A stretch of DNA of 64,000 nucleotides from Phoronis australis. Lineage: Eukaryota > Animalia > Phoronida. The position numbers and the translations under genes were made by a program. Positions 15,301-27,530 of this stretch are shown in pieces. Within the stretch, counting starts at the first letter, position 1; the number at the start of each line of letters is the position of its first letter. The notes below the pieces were generated by a model. That model was not told the origin of the DNA. It did no database searches and saw only the letters and a program-made list of their open reading frames with translations. Location of the stretch: positions 278,304 through 342,303 of the forward strand of contig NMRA01000347.1 of the NCBI GenBank assembly GCA_002633005.1, in the 5' to 3' direction.

Positions 15301-18300
15301 CTTACACGTTGGCACAGAAAAGAGACACAGCGTAACCATGAGGACTATGATTTTTCATTGGCTCTACTAATGAAGTAACAGCCGGAAGTTCTAGTTCAAC
15401 TGGTTGTTACGGAATACCATTTGGGTTACAATGTGTTACTATGGTGTAATCCCGTCACTTTTACTACAACATCATTAAATACAGTGATTTATTCCAAATT
15501 AAAACTTTAACTGATGACGATAGGACATGCATTTTAGCACTTCACTCCACCATTTGATTTAGACAGAGTGGTTCCAAATTGAAAGCTGCGAGGTGCCCTC
15601 GTACAGTGCCCATCGAAACTGTACAAAGATCCGGTAACGCTTGTGAGGAACAAAATAGGACACCATCTTGTAAAATCTACGTGCAAAAGCAATGCCAAGT
15701 AAAAGAACTACTTTTCAGCGGTCTCATGAAATGCCGTTGATTCCATGTTGTTTGGCAATAATTCTTGGTGAGATGGCACGCGCTCCAATTGGACTGAGCT
15801 CCGTAGACTCAAGAATCTCGCGAAAGAAGATAGTGTGACCACTCGCTTTGGCTCTAATAAAACTGCGATACTTCCCGATTTTTTTCGTAATCTTACTTTT
15901 TCTCGAGGTTCTTACGTTCACGGAACGCACGATTATGCAGTCTCGCCAAAGTAGTCCATTCGTTGCTAACAAACCAGTGAGGCATTTTTTGATCAGTCCA
16001 GTTCATATGAAGAAACATCTCTGTATAAAAGTTTAAAAAATTACTTTTGTTACCACAGTTGACGATAAAATCGTTTTTTGATATGTTAATGAAACAGTTT
16101 TGCCATTTTATACATTGCAGAAATCGAGGGATGGTTGTGATAACAACATTAAATGCAAGGTTTGGAACACTGCTAAACAACCAACCCAAATGGACTCTAT
16201 TCGACGAGCTTGACGATTCCGGCATTTTCGGATTTGAGTAAGGTGGATCACGGTGCATCACTCAGTGGAATTTGAAACCGTCATTCCACACTGTTTCATA
16301 TCGCTATTGAAATTGTAAGCAGAAATGTATTGGTGGACTGACAATTTCTAAAGTTTAAATTATAGCACTTTCACATGATCCTTTATAAGTGTTATTGGAA
16401 AGCACTTGGTTTTCCAAAAAAATCATCATTAGAATTACTCGACAAGATTTGGAACACCGAAAAGCTCACCACGTATGTTCAAAAAGAACGATGATTCTAC
16501 CTTTCTTGATGCATTCCTGAATGGAACGTACTTCGTAAGTCGACCGTTTGTCTACATATTAAGATATCACTGCTATTAAGACTGGCATTGTGTCTAAATA
16601 TTTTTATTACCGCAATGAATCGAAAGTGTGTAGAATTTTAAAAATCACTGTGAATATATATAAATTGACCGCGACTAAGTCAACTCCATGTAAGAGACTT
16701 GAATTTTAAATATATTTGCCAATGTCTGCGTTGTTTCCTTTTTTGTTATGGATAGCAACAGAACTGGTATTTACTGAAAATGACACTTTCTGAGCTTGTG
16801 ATTGGCTAAAAGGACAGCAAACAGCGCCACCTCTGCTAAATAATGCTGAATTAGAGCAATAAATATGGAACTTAAAATTCTCGAATGTCAAACGCTTGAG
16901 GACATATCTAGCCACACAGGACAACCCGTGGCATCCTACTGGAGCTATAACACACAAATTTTTTACCATTTTTAAAACTTATTACTCAAATACTTTCTCT
17001 ATCAACTGTACAGTTACACTTACCGAACTTTTTAATTTTTCATGTTATGAACAGGTTGTTTTCATAATGTTCTATAAGATAACATGATTGTCTTAAGAAA
17101 AAAAAAACAAATGAACAACATTCCAAGGTCAGGGTCATAGAGCAGCCCAATACATGAAAGTTGCAGGGAATGTCAATCGACATGGGTTTTATCACGACCT
17201 TACGATTTTGGGCAGAGGTTCCCCGGCGTCGCCTGCGCTTTTTACTCCTTGAAGAGAAAACTTGTCAATGTCAAGTCTCAAACAATATTTGACACGATAA
17301 ATTATGCGCTGAAAATTAGTAAATTTAGATTCATATAATTTGAAACTAATGAACTCTTACAACTTGAGTTAATATTGCATGTTTGAGACAGCTCAACTCA
17401 GTCCTATTTTATCCCCTGGGTAATTAATGCCGTCGGACCGACTCACACCACGTCGCTTTGGTAAAAAGTTATTGAGAAATTTGATCACGTTTGTCGCCTA
17501 AATAGACTTCTAGTTGTGGTTTACATCGTTACTTACAGACGACATGCGGCAGTACCTACACAGAGATCTTGCCATGAACTTAGATAGAAATCGCCATTTC
17601 CAAGACTGCTGACCCCCCTACACAGTTGAACATTTCGTTGTGTAAAATAGTGATTTCAGGGGGAGTGACGGACATGAAATGGAACATTCGCTTGTTATTT
17701 TTGGAATCAGGATCGAAGTAAGAATACCGTTTGCGGCATGAATTGTTACAAGATGACTGTAATTCGACACTCGAGTGCGTTATTTCTTGAAATTAATATT
17801 TTAGAGTCAAGTAGCAAAATAATTCGCCTGAAGTTGGCGAACAAGACTTAGCTCTGTCATCGCCAGTGCAGCTCAGAAATCGCCAATGGCGAGCTGGCGA
17901 GCGGCTAGCGCGAGCCTTTATAGACAGGTATACAAATACTGGAGCTACATGTACATGTACATGTACTGTATGCCAAACGGCCTGTTACTGAGGCTTCGAT
18001 AAATTCTGAAGCGTGTGACTTCTTATCAATGTCTCTCTCCAATACTGTCGAACGATCAAAGTTTTGATTTACATGTAGATCAAATTAATCTTGTCACCTT
18101 GTTCATTACTTGAGATAACAAGTGATTTCTGGGTTTGCAATGATCAAATAAGATGTTACCTGTAGCTTGGCACGAAAGCCAACACGCTGTGAGGAGCTTA
18201 GGCTCCCCTATCAAGCTATAACGAAATGTCAGTTTCATTGAAGCCCCGATATATTTTTTCTGCTAACCAGATGAAAAGCTCACCGGGATGAATTACTTGT

Positions 18301-19121
18301 AAACCCTTTACCACCACCTTCGCAGTTACTATCATTACCTGGCTGTATGCGTTTCTTCACAGGATCAGTACGCCACTCCCTGAACGGATAATCTTGAAGG
18401 CACAGTTCCAACTGCACTGGTTTGGTGGCCTTAAAAATCGTGATGATCACACTTTCTTCGACATCAAATCGCAGGATGTTCGGAACGCTGAGTAGATATT
18501 TGGGACTGTAAAAATTATCAAAGCATCGCCTATTGCTATGTTCATGCGGGTCAACTTTTCAGAAAGAATTACGAATTATATTGGTCATTTTCCAATGGCC
18601 TGCACTTGCCGACTGAAGCATGGTGAACTTATGCTTGGCGTGGACATGCCTCAAATTCAGGTCATTGGCTTTGACTTCCTGGCTGTGATACTGCATTGAT
18701 TAATAACTCAAAAATTAAGCCCACATTTTCTGGTTCAGCATCCAAGCTTAGCTGCTCTTGCATGACCTAGATTAGTTGTAGAGTGTTTTTAATTTTATCT
18801 TTGATGGTACTGTCAAAAATATCACTGACCTAATCTCAAATGAAGAAGTTGTTGTCTGTGTTAACTACCTGTATGTAGCACTTAAATTCAACCAGATAAA
18901 CAGGTAGGCAATTACATCGCCTTGAATGCCGCAGGCCGACCGAGGGGCTCTGTGTTGCCTAATAGACAGTCATTGTTTAAAAGTCATGCAGGACTGTGAG
19001 ATATTCGACACCAAGTGACTAAATCCACTCACCTTGCTTTTGTTGACGACGGTGTTAGTAATAGCAGATATATGCACATCGTTGGTGTTGAAACACGAAA
19101 CACCTCTTTCGTAGATACCAT
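541..19121 (-). CDS. C3: Complement C3-like gene, copy A (exons 1-14 visible, about 714 codons; 3' part lies left of the window)
   Basis: 14 GT-AG exons with consistent phases splice into an open frame. It contains a signal peptide, [49 protein letters not shown] and RQEFDEIW, all C3/TEP-family motifs. The symbol means C3-like, not proven orthology. Confidence 0.88.
1560..2820 (-). mobile_element. 5'-truncated, frameshifted L1/Tx1-like non-LTR retrotransposon (ORF2 C-terminus) in intron 13 of copy A
   Basis: IYVMS...FVW...ENGGL...LLVKW, VWNNKNI, and a C-terminal CASC...HMFVEC zinc motif. (TG)n and AATAAA lie near the 3' end. Absent from the equivalent intron of copy B. Confidence 0.8.
3421..3710 (+). 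repeat. About 290-bp dispersed repeat
   Basis: Reverse-complement match to 33896-34185. Confidence 0.85.
5562..5676 (-). CDS. Copy A exon 13 (linker, beta-alpha polybasic site)
   Basis: [10 protein letters not shown]...RSRRHRRRT; donor gtaagt. Confidence 0.85.
5847..6760 (+). mobile_element. Non-autonomous TIR element (hAT-like termini) in intron 12 of copy A
   Basis: Starts CAGTGGTGGATCTAGG and is highly similar to 21612-22395. Absent from the copy B intron. Flanks gcagtcta and gc(n)tcta are compatible with an 8-bp TSD; the right end is cut by an N. Confidence 0.75.
6769..7008 (-). CDS. Copy A exon 12 (MG6/linker)
   Basis: YKPG...[14 protein letters not shown]...DNGYGIGGG. Confidence 0.92.
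7187..7441 (-). CDS. Copy A exon 11 (MG5)
   Basis: YMVTSGG...[11 protein letters not shown]...EVVADT...C. Confidence 0.92.
8611..8721 (-). CDS. Copy A exon 10 (MG4/MG5)
   Basis: ...[13 protein letters not shown]. Confidence 0.85.
8820..9430. mobile_element. MITE-like element in intron 9 of copy A
   Basis: Inverted GAAACCCGGTTTCC / GGAAACCGGGTTTC near both ends, plus a hairpin ATCACGGAAACC-C-GGTTTCCGTGAT. Copy B keeps only the left edge. Confidence 0.55.
9849..10031 (-). CDS. Copy A exon 9 (MG4)
   Basis: [10 protein letters not shown]...TNKEGHA... Confidence 0.85.
10308..10517 (-). CDS. Copy A exon 8 (MG3/MG4)
   Basis: ...[24 protein letters not shown]. Confidence 0.9.
10962..11058 (-). 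CDS. Copy A exon 7 (MG3)
   Basis: [16 protein letters not shown]... Confidence 0.86.
11989..12067 (-). CDS. Copy A exon 6 (MG3)
   Basis: VLPTFSVTV...VEVEAR. Confidence 0.88.
12281..12402. repeat. (GT)n/(GC)n microsatellite
   Basis: Directly visible. Confidence 0.97.
12959..13136 (-). CDS. Copy A exon 5 (MG2)
   Basis: DPIGK...[17 protein letters not shown]...FEVKDY. Confidence 0.9.
14561..14631 (-). CDS. Copy A exon 4 (MG2)
   Basis: [24 protein letters not shown]; same length as the copy B exon. Confidence 0.85.
15015..15215 (-). CDS. Copy A exon 3 (MG1/MG2)
   Basis: ...[24 protein letters not shown]. Confidence 0.92.
18339..18505 (-). CDS. Copy A exon 2 (MG1)
   Basis: [25 protein letters not shown]...LQDYPFR; cag/gt boundaries. 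Confidence 0.9.
19033..19121 (-). CDS. Copy A exon 1 (signal peptide)
   Basis: [29 protein letters not shown], donor gtgagt, phase 2; homologous to 57944-58029. Confidence 0.8.
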
Positions 19122-19174
19122 AATATGTCTACAACATAGCTCTCAAATCTAGAAACTAGAGTTCTAATTTGGTC

Positions 19175-19330
19175 AGTTCGGCTTTATGAACGTTTGGCGA
19201 ACATGACTTCCAAGGCTTTGAGTAATCGTTCACGAATATCCCTTGTCAAGAAATTCCCGCTGGTTTCGGTCGGCCGACATTTGATATGATAGTCAAGGAG
19301 CGGCATCCGGTTGTTTTCCGCAACGTCATG
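19175..19330 (-). promoter_or_regulatory. Putative proximal promoter of copy A
   Basis: On the minus strand, TATA-like CATAAAG about 60 nt upstream of the ATG, and kappaB-like GGGATATTCG (19233-19242) and GGGAATTTCT (19249-19258). Alignable with the copy B upstream region. Confidence 0.4.
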
Positions 19331-19360
19331 AAGTTTGTTTTTCAGTAAGTCCAGGTGTGC

Positions 19361-19500
19361 GTTCAGTAACACTAGAACCTACGCCAGGACCTAGCTAAAA
19401 TCTAGCTAAAGTCACGTGTTCTCATCTAGAATACACGACAATATCTCAAGTAATCTTGCGAAGTCTTGCTTTTTTGCGAGGTCAACTAGCGTTATTCAAC
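19361..19500 (+). mobile_element. About 150-bp MITE-like repeat copy just upstream of the copy A promoter
   Basis: Aligns with 46981-47130. Confidence 0.65.
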
Positions 19501-21611
19501 GGGATCGAGGCAGTTGTTAGCATCTAGGGATTCTAATTTTAGCTAACTGGCCACTTTGCCGAAGCTTGACGGTTGAGGGGTCAACGTAAGATTCTTATCT
19601 TGTACCATTGCTTCGTCAGAGCTCGCTCTGTATACGGTTCATGGCGATTTGGTCCTGCTTGCTCCTGCATGGTGTTTGGAAGTATGCATAGGGGCATTGG
19701 CTTCAGAGGCATGTTGCACCCACTTTCAGTTTCAACATGACCTCTGGTCTTCCTCAGCAAATCTTGGAGAACATACGATGACTTTCGGCATACATTATTT
19801 TAATTTCTTCTAAAATCTTGTATCTCACAACTTTGGTAATTCTCGCTAGTCGGCTAATTACGACCGTTTAACAACTGATAAGAGTAAGGAGATAAAGTAG
19901 GGGGGGGGAGGGGAGAGGGCACTCACAGTGATCTGCTGTAATGAAATGTTATTTATCAGGAGACTACAAACACTGTAATATATTGAATTACTAACTTTGT
20001 CTTATGAAAGGCCTAGTAATTGTTTTGTATCTGGCGATATTCGTCTGTCTCCGTGGCCTGCTGCGTGTCATCTCTGTGACTGTAAATACCTTTGCCCACC
20101 ACTTCTGTTTATGCAAATCAAACTTCTGTTCATTCGACGACAGGAGTTATCAATTTTCGTTTAAGTTAGCGTACATCTCCCAGTATCATCTACTGCTGTG
20201 ATTTGTGTATTAAAATAATAATATGTTAAATGTTTACCGATCCCCCAGCTCTGGTCCAGGTTACAATGATTCCATACATGGCAGTCACTTAAAAAACTTA
20301 AAGATACAAGAAAAATACATGATAAATAAACAGTGAGGTCAACGGTTAGAGGAGTTGATCCAAAAATGCCCATAAACAAAAATTGTCTGTTTCCAGGAAG
20401 AAGGACTGGGAAACTTCTTGGGAGGTCTACATGTATGTACCGTGTCACGTACATTCACACTGCGACATCTGTCACGAACTTCCCATATCTAAGTCAGAAT
20501 TTCCCTGCAGAGCTGCCAGTAGCCAGTCACGACCAGAATTGTACAACTAAGAACCGGTTAAAATGTGATGACCTCAGCATGTTTTTCTGTGGAATAACAT
20601 CCCGGAAAGTGTAAGTGGTCGTATGACAATACAACCAAGTTCTACAAGGTCGTCTTCATACTTCAATATTTCAGTTAGTTTGACCAGAGTTATTCATTTC
20701 CATACCTGTAATACACGTAGTCTATCCATCAGTCCCAGAATTTCTGCGTAAAATAGACAAGGGTTCTTGTTTAAAACAAGAACTTATTTGTATCTTGTCC
20801 GAAATTAATCAAATGCTGATGCATTGTTGAGAAATTTCTGTCAAAGAGTTAAATACTTTTTCCAAATCGACCATCTTTTGACCACAAGAATACCAGATAT
20901 TTTATGCATATTGTATTATATAATGAAGACATCGTATTTTTCTCACTAGAAATATTTTCTGGTTCTCATAAAATAGTCCATAACAGATTTTATCCTTTCA
21001 GCTTTAGAATCTGAAAACGTTTATAACTGATATTTAATAAGTTAACGGATCTCCAATTTTATAAGATTTCTTTTGGTTTATCAGCCTAAGGCAATAATTT
21101 ATAACCTAGCATAGCTGATTCTATGATGAATGTCCACTGGCGAAGTTACTGTGAAAACATTTCAAGCCATAGTGTGATACGTCATTCAAGAAAAAAATTA
21201 AAATTCAACTGCAAACACACCACTCCCTGAGCTTTTCCCATTCCTCATTTTACAAAAAGCACGTGACTGTAATTTCCTCTAACTGAATTCTCCACGCCGG
21301 TACTGGTATGAAGTACATGTTATGACCAAATTATACTTCCATCAACACAAAAGGTTATGCTTTAAGTGTTCGTTGTTTTCCCCTCCCCGACATCCTTTGC
21401 GTGGAAAATAGAAGCGACATAATCACAGTCAAAACGTACATGTACATGTACTGTAATTGAATACATGTACTTGATAACGATAGCTTGTCGACCCACAGCC
21501 TTAGATCTCAAATTCAAGCGAACGGAGACAAGATAAACGTTTTGTTAACATTTTCTTCTTGACCTACGATAACAATTTATATGGACTTGGAAACTTGAAG
21601 TCAATAGTGTC

Positions 21612-22395
21612 CAGTGGCGGATTTAGGATATCAGAAGGGGGGGGCAACATTTTGCCTGTAAACATTTGCTCAAAGCGCGATTGTAGATGCGCATAGCACC
21701 GAATGGAGGGTGGTCGGCCAGAAAATTTTTCTGTTTTTTTCCTCTAAAAATCAAGCATTTTCCTTGATTCCCGAAGTATTATCCAAGAGAAAAGGCAAGA
21801 AAGAAGGTGTCAACCAGGAAAAACTGCAAGTACCACATACTCGAACTCACGACCTTAGGGATAGAGCGCACGTGCTTTATCACTGCCCCACGATTTAACT
21901 CCTAGTTTGATACTAAGAGACCTACTTGTTTATGGTCCACAGCGTTTGGGCGCGAAACCTCCTTCTTTTTGTAATGCTTATTACATGTTTTATATTTTGG
22001 GCAATCAGTTCGTAACAAATTTGTTGTACTTAAAATAGTCTTCAACTGCCCAAAAGACCAAATCCGTTTTTTGTGTTGGCAATAATGACGCATTATTTTT
22101 GGAAATCGTCTTAAGTTAAGATTTGACAAAGAGAGAATTATGAGTTTCTGAGTGATTCACTACTGCTTCGATTACAATTGACATCTTACCATCATTACTT
22201 AGCCATAGTTCCGTTACGATTGCGCCGTGTTCCGAATTTGACACTTAAAACTGCACGCATTTAAATCTTGTTTCGGCCGTATAATTTTAATTACCGGGGT
22301 TAATTAATAAACTCAACACTTCCCTACGCTCTTGCTGTTTTATTTTTTTGCGGCAGCCAAGGGGGAGGGCCTGCGCCCCCCTAAATCCGCCTATG
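21612..22395 (+). mobile_element. Non-autonomous TIR element, same family
   Basis: CAGTGGCGGATTTAGG ... CCTAAATCCGCCTATG inverted termini; internal sequence matches 5847-6760. Confidence 0.8.
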
Positions 22396-25300
22396 GTGTG
22401 TGCTTTGGTTCGGTAAGATAAATTCAACTACTAGTGTTATACTAGGTACGTCTACACGTACCTCGTTATCCGGAAGTGGGAGATGAGGATGTAAACCAGT
22501 ATGCTAGGCACACACTGCATTTAATGCTGGACTTTTATGTCAACTCAGCAATCTTTTTGCTCATCCCTTTTTAAGGGAAAATTGATCTTCAGTGTTCAAA
22601 CGGTTTTCAAATTGCCCAATCTGCAATGAAGGACTCGAATATTTACTAAACTTCGGTGAAGTAGAGAACCAGTAAGTAACAAAATTGCAGTTCTTAGTTG
22701 GAACGTCAATATAGCACAACCATCTGATCTAAACGAGTCGACAAATACATTTAGGGATTTGTTCAGCTGCAAGGATAAAAATTACCATTTTTAAGAAGGC
22801 AATCCTAACTGCTACAAAATTCCTTCAAATTACAATAACAGTGAACCTTTTTCCATGGTTTACTTGGCGCGGATACGAACCGATTAGGTCAAGCATGATT
22901 TGGCCTAATGACCATACAACTTCAACGATTATTTAATAGATTGAAAATTGATTATTTGTTATCATAGTTGAATGCAATGTAAAATTCTTAAGTTCGAAAT
23001 AAAACTATTTACGAAAAGTATCCGAGTTTACTTTACAATTGCGCAAGCGTGTTTTTACAAAAGTGGTGTCATGCGGTTGAAAGTTTTAGGCACGTCGGAC
23101 AGCACAACTTTAATTTCTGACGTTTCGGGTACAGTGTGTGTTGTGTTTACAACTTTTTAAAAAATGGAAGGTAAAAGTGACAAAGAAACAGGAATCTGGC
23201 CAAAAACGGGCGAAATCAAGGAAAAAGGATCTCCTCACAGTATTGCACCGATCGTTTCTATTCTAATAAGCCTCTCGCGTCAGTGCAACAGGTTACTTCA
23301 GAATGCACCTGTTTGCCTAGGGATCTCCCACTTCAGATTTCTAAAGTGACCCTCATTCCACAGACCTACAGTTTCACCAAACAAGGCATGTGGACACAAA
23401 AATCTCGGCCTGTGAATCAAAAAAAGGTTCATGGTTCGCTAACACAACTCGTGGAACGTGGATACTGCTCATGACAGAGAGCCATCACGGCTCATGCACC
23501 GTAAACACGGATCACGTACCGAAAACACGGACCACAAAAAACGGCTCGTGGACAACAAACACTGCTTACGGAAAGTAAACTCGACTCACGAACACTTGAC
23601 TGAGTCATGCACTACTTTCCTGTTTATAAAATTAAAGGATCCATGTTTATTTCGGATTCGTAAGCCGTCATAGTTTTGAGTCTTCCTGTGCTGGGTTCAT
23701 GCGTCGAGTCACGTGTGAGTAGCTCGAATAGTCTTCGTTTAGAGGTTGCATCAGTGCAGAACACAGCAAATGGTTTTATCAGGAGGCATACATGTACCAA
23801 AAATGGTTATGTTTAGCAACACAAGTTTTCTCGCATTTTTGCGTTTTCTACAAACAATTCGTAAAAAGTGCTATTCACTGTCCTTAAACTGCCGGCGACG
23901 GCGTTTTGTTGGTGCATTATGGATAGAGAAGCTTGATTGTTTGTGATCAAACTTCTTTTAAAGAGTTCATAATTGAAAGGGATAGGAAAGATCATCTTAG
24001 AGAATTCAGCACCCACTTAGTATCTTTTATACTATCAATATACTCATCCGTATGCATACACCATTGTATACAACCTGTACTTCACAGAGTTGAAATCTTC
24101 TAAAGTGTGTCTCAATGACGCCGAAGACGAAGAGCATTACAGGCGCGCTGGTAGACAGGCAACCAGCGTGGGTACAAGGCAGAGGTTCTAGAGGTAAACT
24201 AGCGCTGAGGCTCCCACCGAATTCGACTGCTTGAACGCTAATTCCCATGTCCTGGCCATAAAAAGGACAAACTGCCCCGAAATCCATCCGGGACACTTCG
24301 AATATTTTCGAAGCTTCGATGGTGAATTTTATTCATTTAGATTGTACGTGCAAACTTCAGTCATGTGGTCAATCATTCTCCAAGTGACGTATCAGCATAA
24401 CTGAGGTCAGCACGTTGGCAGACAACGTACATCACCGATGGAAAATTTGATGCTGCAAAACTGCCCGAGGTGTTGCAAATACTCGTTAGAATCCTGCAAT
24501 GAGTTGCAGTTGCAGCTGTGGCAAATCATGCACATTCTCATAACTGTAAAATAATTATCCTTTCATCTATTCAGTCGTTCAAGCTTCACACACAGTCCTA
24601 CTGGGGCAAACAACGGGACGACGCAATATTCCGTTATTCCTCATGTTTTCTCATGTTCAATCATTCAGAATACAATGACGTAAAGACTGGATCTCGGGCA
24701 CTGAGAATACCACTATAATTTGTCCTTTTGGACGTGGTTGTAGTGGGAATATTTCGGTTGATCGTTACTAAAGTTACGACATAGAAACAAGCTCTAAACT
24801 ATGAAAATTTAATCCAGCCGAGTGGTAAATTACACGTAGCGTTGTTCAGGGTTTCCTTGAGCCAGCTACAACATCCAGAGATTTTCCAATCGCAGAAGTC
24901 CTACCATGCCGCTAATTGACCTATCGCAAGCTCCGCCCCTATGCGAAAAGTCACGTGATACCCGACATTCGAACGAGATGTCAGAGGCAAATACACTGTC
25001 GCTAAACGACGTTCCTTGTGGAATCGATGAGTGTTTTTGCACTATTTGAAAACGCTTCGACAGAGACAAGAGGCGATGCTTTTCAACAGAGAAACGTACG
25101 TTCATGATATGGGAATTTGTAAAGGTGACGAGGAAAAAATGGCTCGAGGAGCCAGCGAAAATCCGAAGAAACCCTCTGCCTCGGGGCCACCTTCCCCTGA
25201 CAAATGACAAAGCCACTGATACGATATGTTCATGTAAAGCTGGGTATGTACCTTATAGTCGAATTATCTGTACGATTCCATAGATTTCATGATCTTTCGA

Positions 25301-25620
25301 ATAAAATCAGTGAAGATTCACCGATATTTTTATTCTGTCGTTTGCTAAATTTCGCCAAATAAAACCTACTGAGTAGGTCACAACTGGTGGGACTCCTGGG
25401 GTAAAGTAGGTCACAGATTACAGACAACACATGCACTGTCTCTGACTAGGTCGACTCGACAGCACTGTTTACGCTTTTCTAATCTTGTAACGAAATATTT
25501 TGATAAAAAAATTCAGGTTCATAGCTCATGTACACGTTCATCTCGTCCTAGGCAAACAATTAGCTCAAGCGGTGTAGGTCTAGGGCTGTGTCTAAGTCAG
25601 TCAAGTTAATGTCTGCAACT

Positions 25621-25916
25621 CAGTAGCGGATCTAGGATACCACAAGGGGAGTCCAACATGTTGCCTCATGGAATTGGGCAAAGTGCAATTGTATGTACAC
25701 AGGCGGCCCGAAAGTTGCAGGGGCCTGGGATGCAGACTTTGGACCTTCTGTTCAGAAAATCTATCGGTGAACTAAAAAAACAGGAACTTGATTCCGCCGC
25801 TACCGGTCCTAGTTACTGAACTCAATATTTCCTCACGTTTCACGCTCTTGCTGTTTCATTTTGCTTGCGGGGGGGGGTGGGGGCTGGGCCCCTTTCNCCG
25901 CCTAAATCCGCCTATG
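25621..25916 (+). mobile_element. Short derivative of the same TIR family
   Basis: CAGTAGCGGATCTAGG ... CCTAAATCCGCCTATG. Confidence 0.65.
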
Positions 25917-26978
25917 GAATTGTCCGTTTGCACCATTAAGACATTTAAATTAGGCCTACCTTCTTACGAACTTGGGATTTTTTGTAGTTTCATTCCATAA
26001 AGGTAGCTTTCATTTAATTTTGAAGGTAGCATAATCACTAAGTCGTGGTATGGTTACAAAAGATTACAAGTCTGGTGTGGTAGTTGCAAAAGATAGGGTA
26101 TTTACCAAAATAACTCAAATTCATTTAAAGCTTCATAAATCTAAATATCATGTTTGAACAACTTCAAAATGAGCTCTGTCTAACTCTACAGACATAGTGT
26201 ATACACGTCAAAAAGTAATTCAACAGTTTATGTTTAGTGACAACAGCTCGACCAAGGCTTTGAGTTACCGGTAGTAATCCAGTGCCCCTCCCTGTGCAGA
26301 TCAATTCTCTGAATTTTGACCGGGAGAGAAGTTCAGTTGAACGCCTGCCTACGGGTTTATGAGTAACAAAAATGTACCTCTGTTAGGTTAAAATAACTAA
26401 AAAACATAAAATAAAAATGTCCTTGAAAACAACAATTTCCGGGGACTATACTGCTAAAGTGCTGAGATCCAGCAGGTGTCGAGACAAAGGCGGCCAGACG
26501 TAAGAAACTCGGGAGTCACAATCTGAGATAGCCCTTCACCATAGCCACCAAGCTGAAAAGTGCGTATCTTGGAACTAATATATTTGTGTTTATTATAGCC
26601 TTCGAGTTATCAAGCAACATCGCTAAGTTCAGTTGCTCTTGTGGCCGTACAGTTTGATCCATAGTTTACGCTTTTCAACATCATTTTTCGGCTTAGGACA
26701 TGCCAAAAAATGACGGGATATTATTCTGGAGCAGCATAACGGCTGTCGGTGCTGCACACGCCATATCAACACGGTTTCCCCATTCTTAGCGGACAATTTC
26801 TTGAGCTATAGACTAAAGTAAGTTTTACTCGACTACGTGTGGTTTGTCGGGTATAATGGCGGCTTGGAAACGCAGACGAAGGTGTGCCAAGAATGCTTTG
26901 TTCTGATTGGTCAATTAAGCCGTCCGTCATAATCCTGGCGATAGGTCAATTGAAATATGACAACAGGCTTCCACATAC

Positions 26979-27015
26979 ACATGTACATGTACATGTACAT
27001 GTACATGTACATGTA
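26979..27015. repeat. (ACATGT)n palindromic microsatellite
   Basis: About six tandem ACATGT units. Confidence 0.95.
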
Positions 27016-27387
27016 GAGGTATGCAAAATGTCTACCACACCGCGAATATTAGCAAACAGAACGGTAGTGGTGGCATCTCGTTCAAGACATGCACCTGTCC
27101 AGGGGCGTCCTCTTCTGGTTAATTGAAGGGAGCTTGATCAATAGTTTTTTAGCATCACCTTATCTTAGTATAATTACGGACCCCTAGGTATGTTGGAGAC
27201 ACATTTACTGTGTTGATTACTTTTTCTTTGCCATTTACGTAGGAAACTCGGCATGCTAGGTAAAGGTCCAGCAAAAGTGCATCGTCATGGTTCTTTTTAA
27301 GTCCGGAAGTTGACACTTACTAATTGTGATACAATTCTCTTTTTCGTTAAAATTCATAACCTTAGTACATGAGTATTCCAGGCTTGC

Positions 27388-27530
27388 ATTCAGTAGACGT
27401 TAGGACCTACGCTAGGACTTAGCTAAAACCTAGTCAAAGTTACGTGTTCTAATTTAAAATACACGGCAGTATCTCACGTAATCTCGCGAAGTCTTGCTTT
27501 TTAGCCAGGTCCTAGCGTTAATGAACGGGA
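27388..27530 (+). mobile_element. About 150-bp MITE-like repeat copy
   Basis: Aligns with 46981-47130. Confidence 0.7.

Noticed and set aside
23400-23610. Degenerate CACGG/CTCAYG repeats with overlapping short ORFs
   Set aside because: The unit is too degenerate to define; likely an old tandem repeat within a transposon relic, with no coding support.
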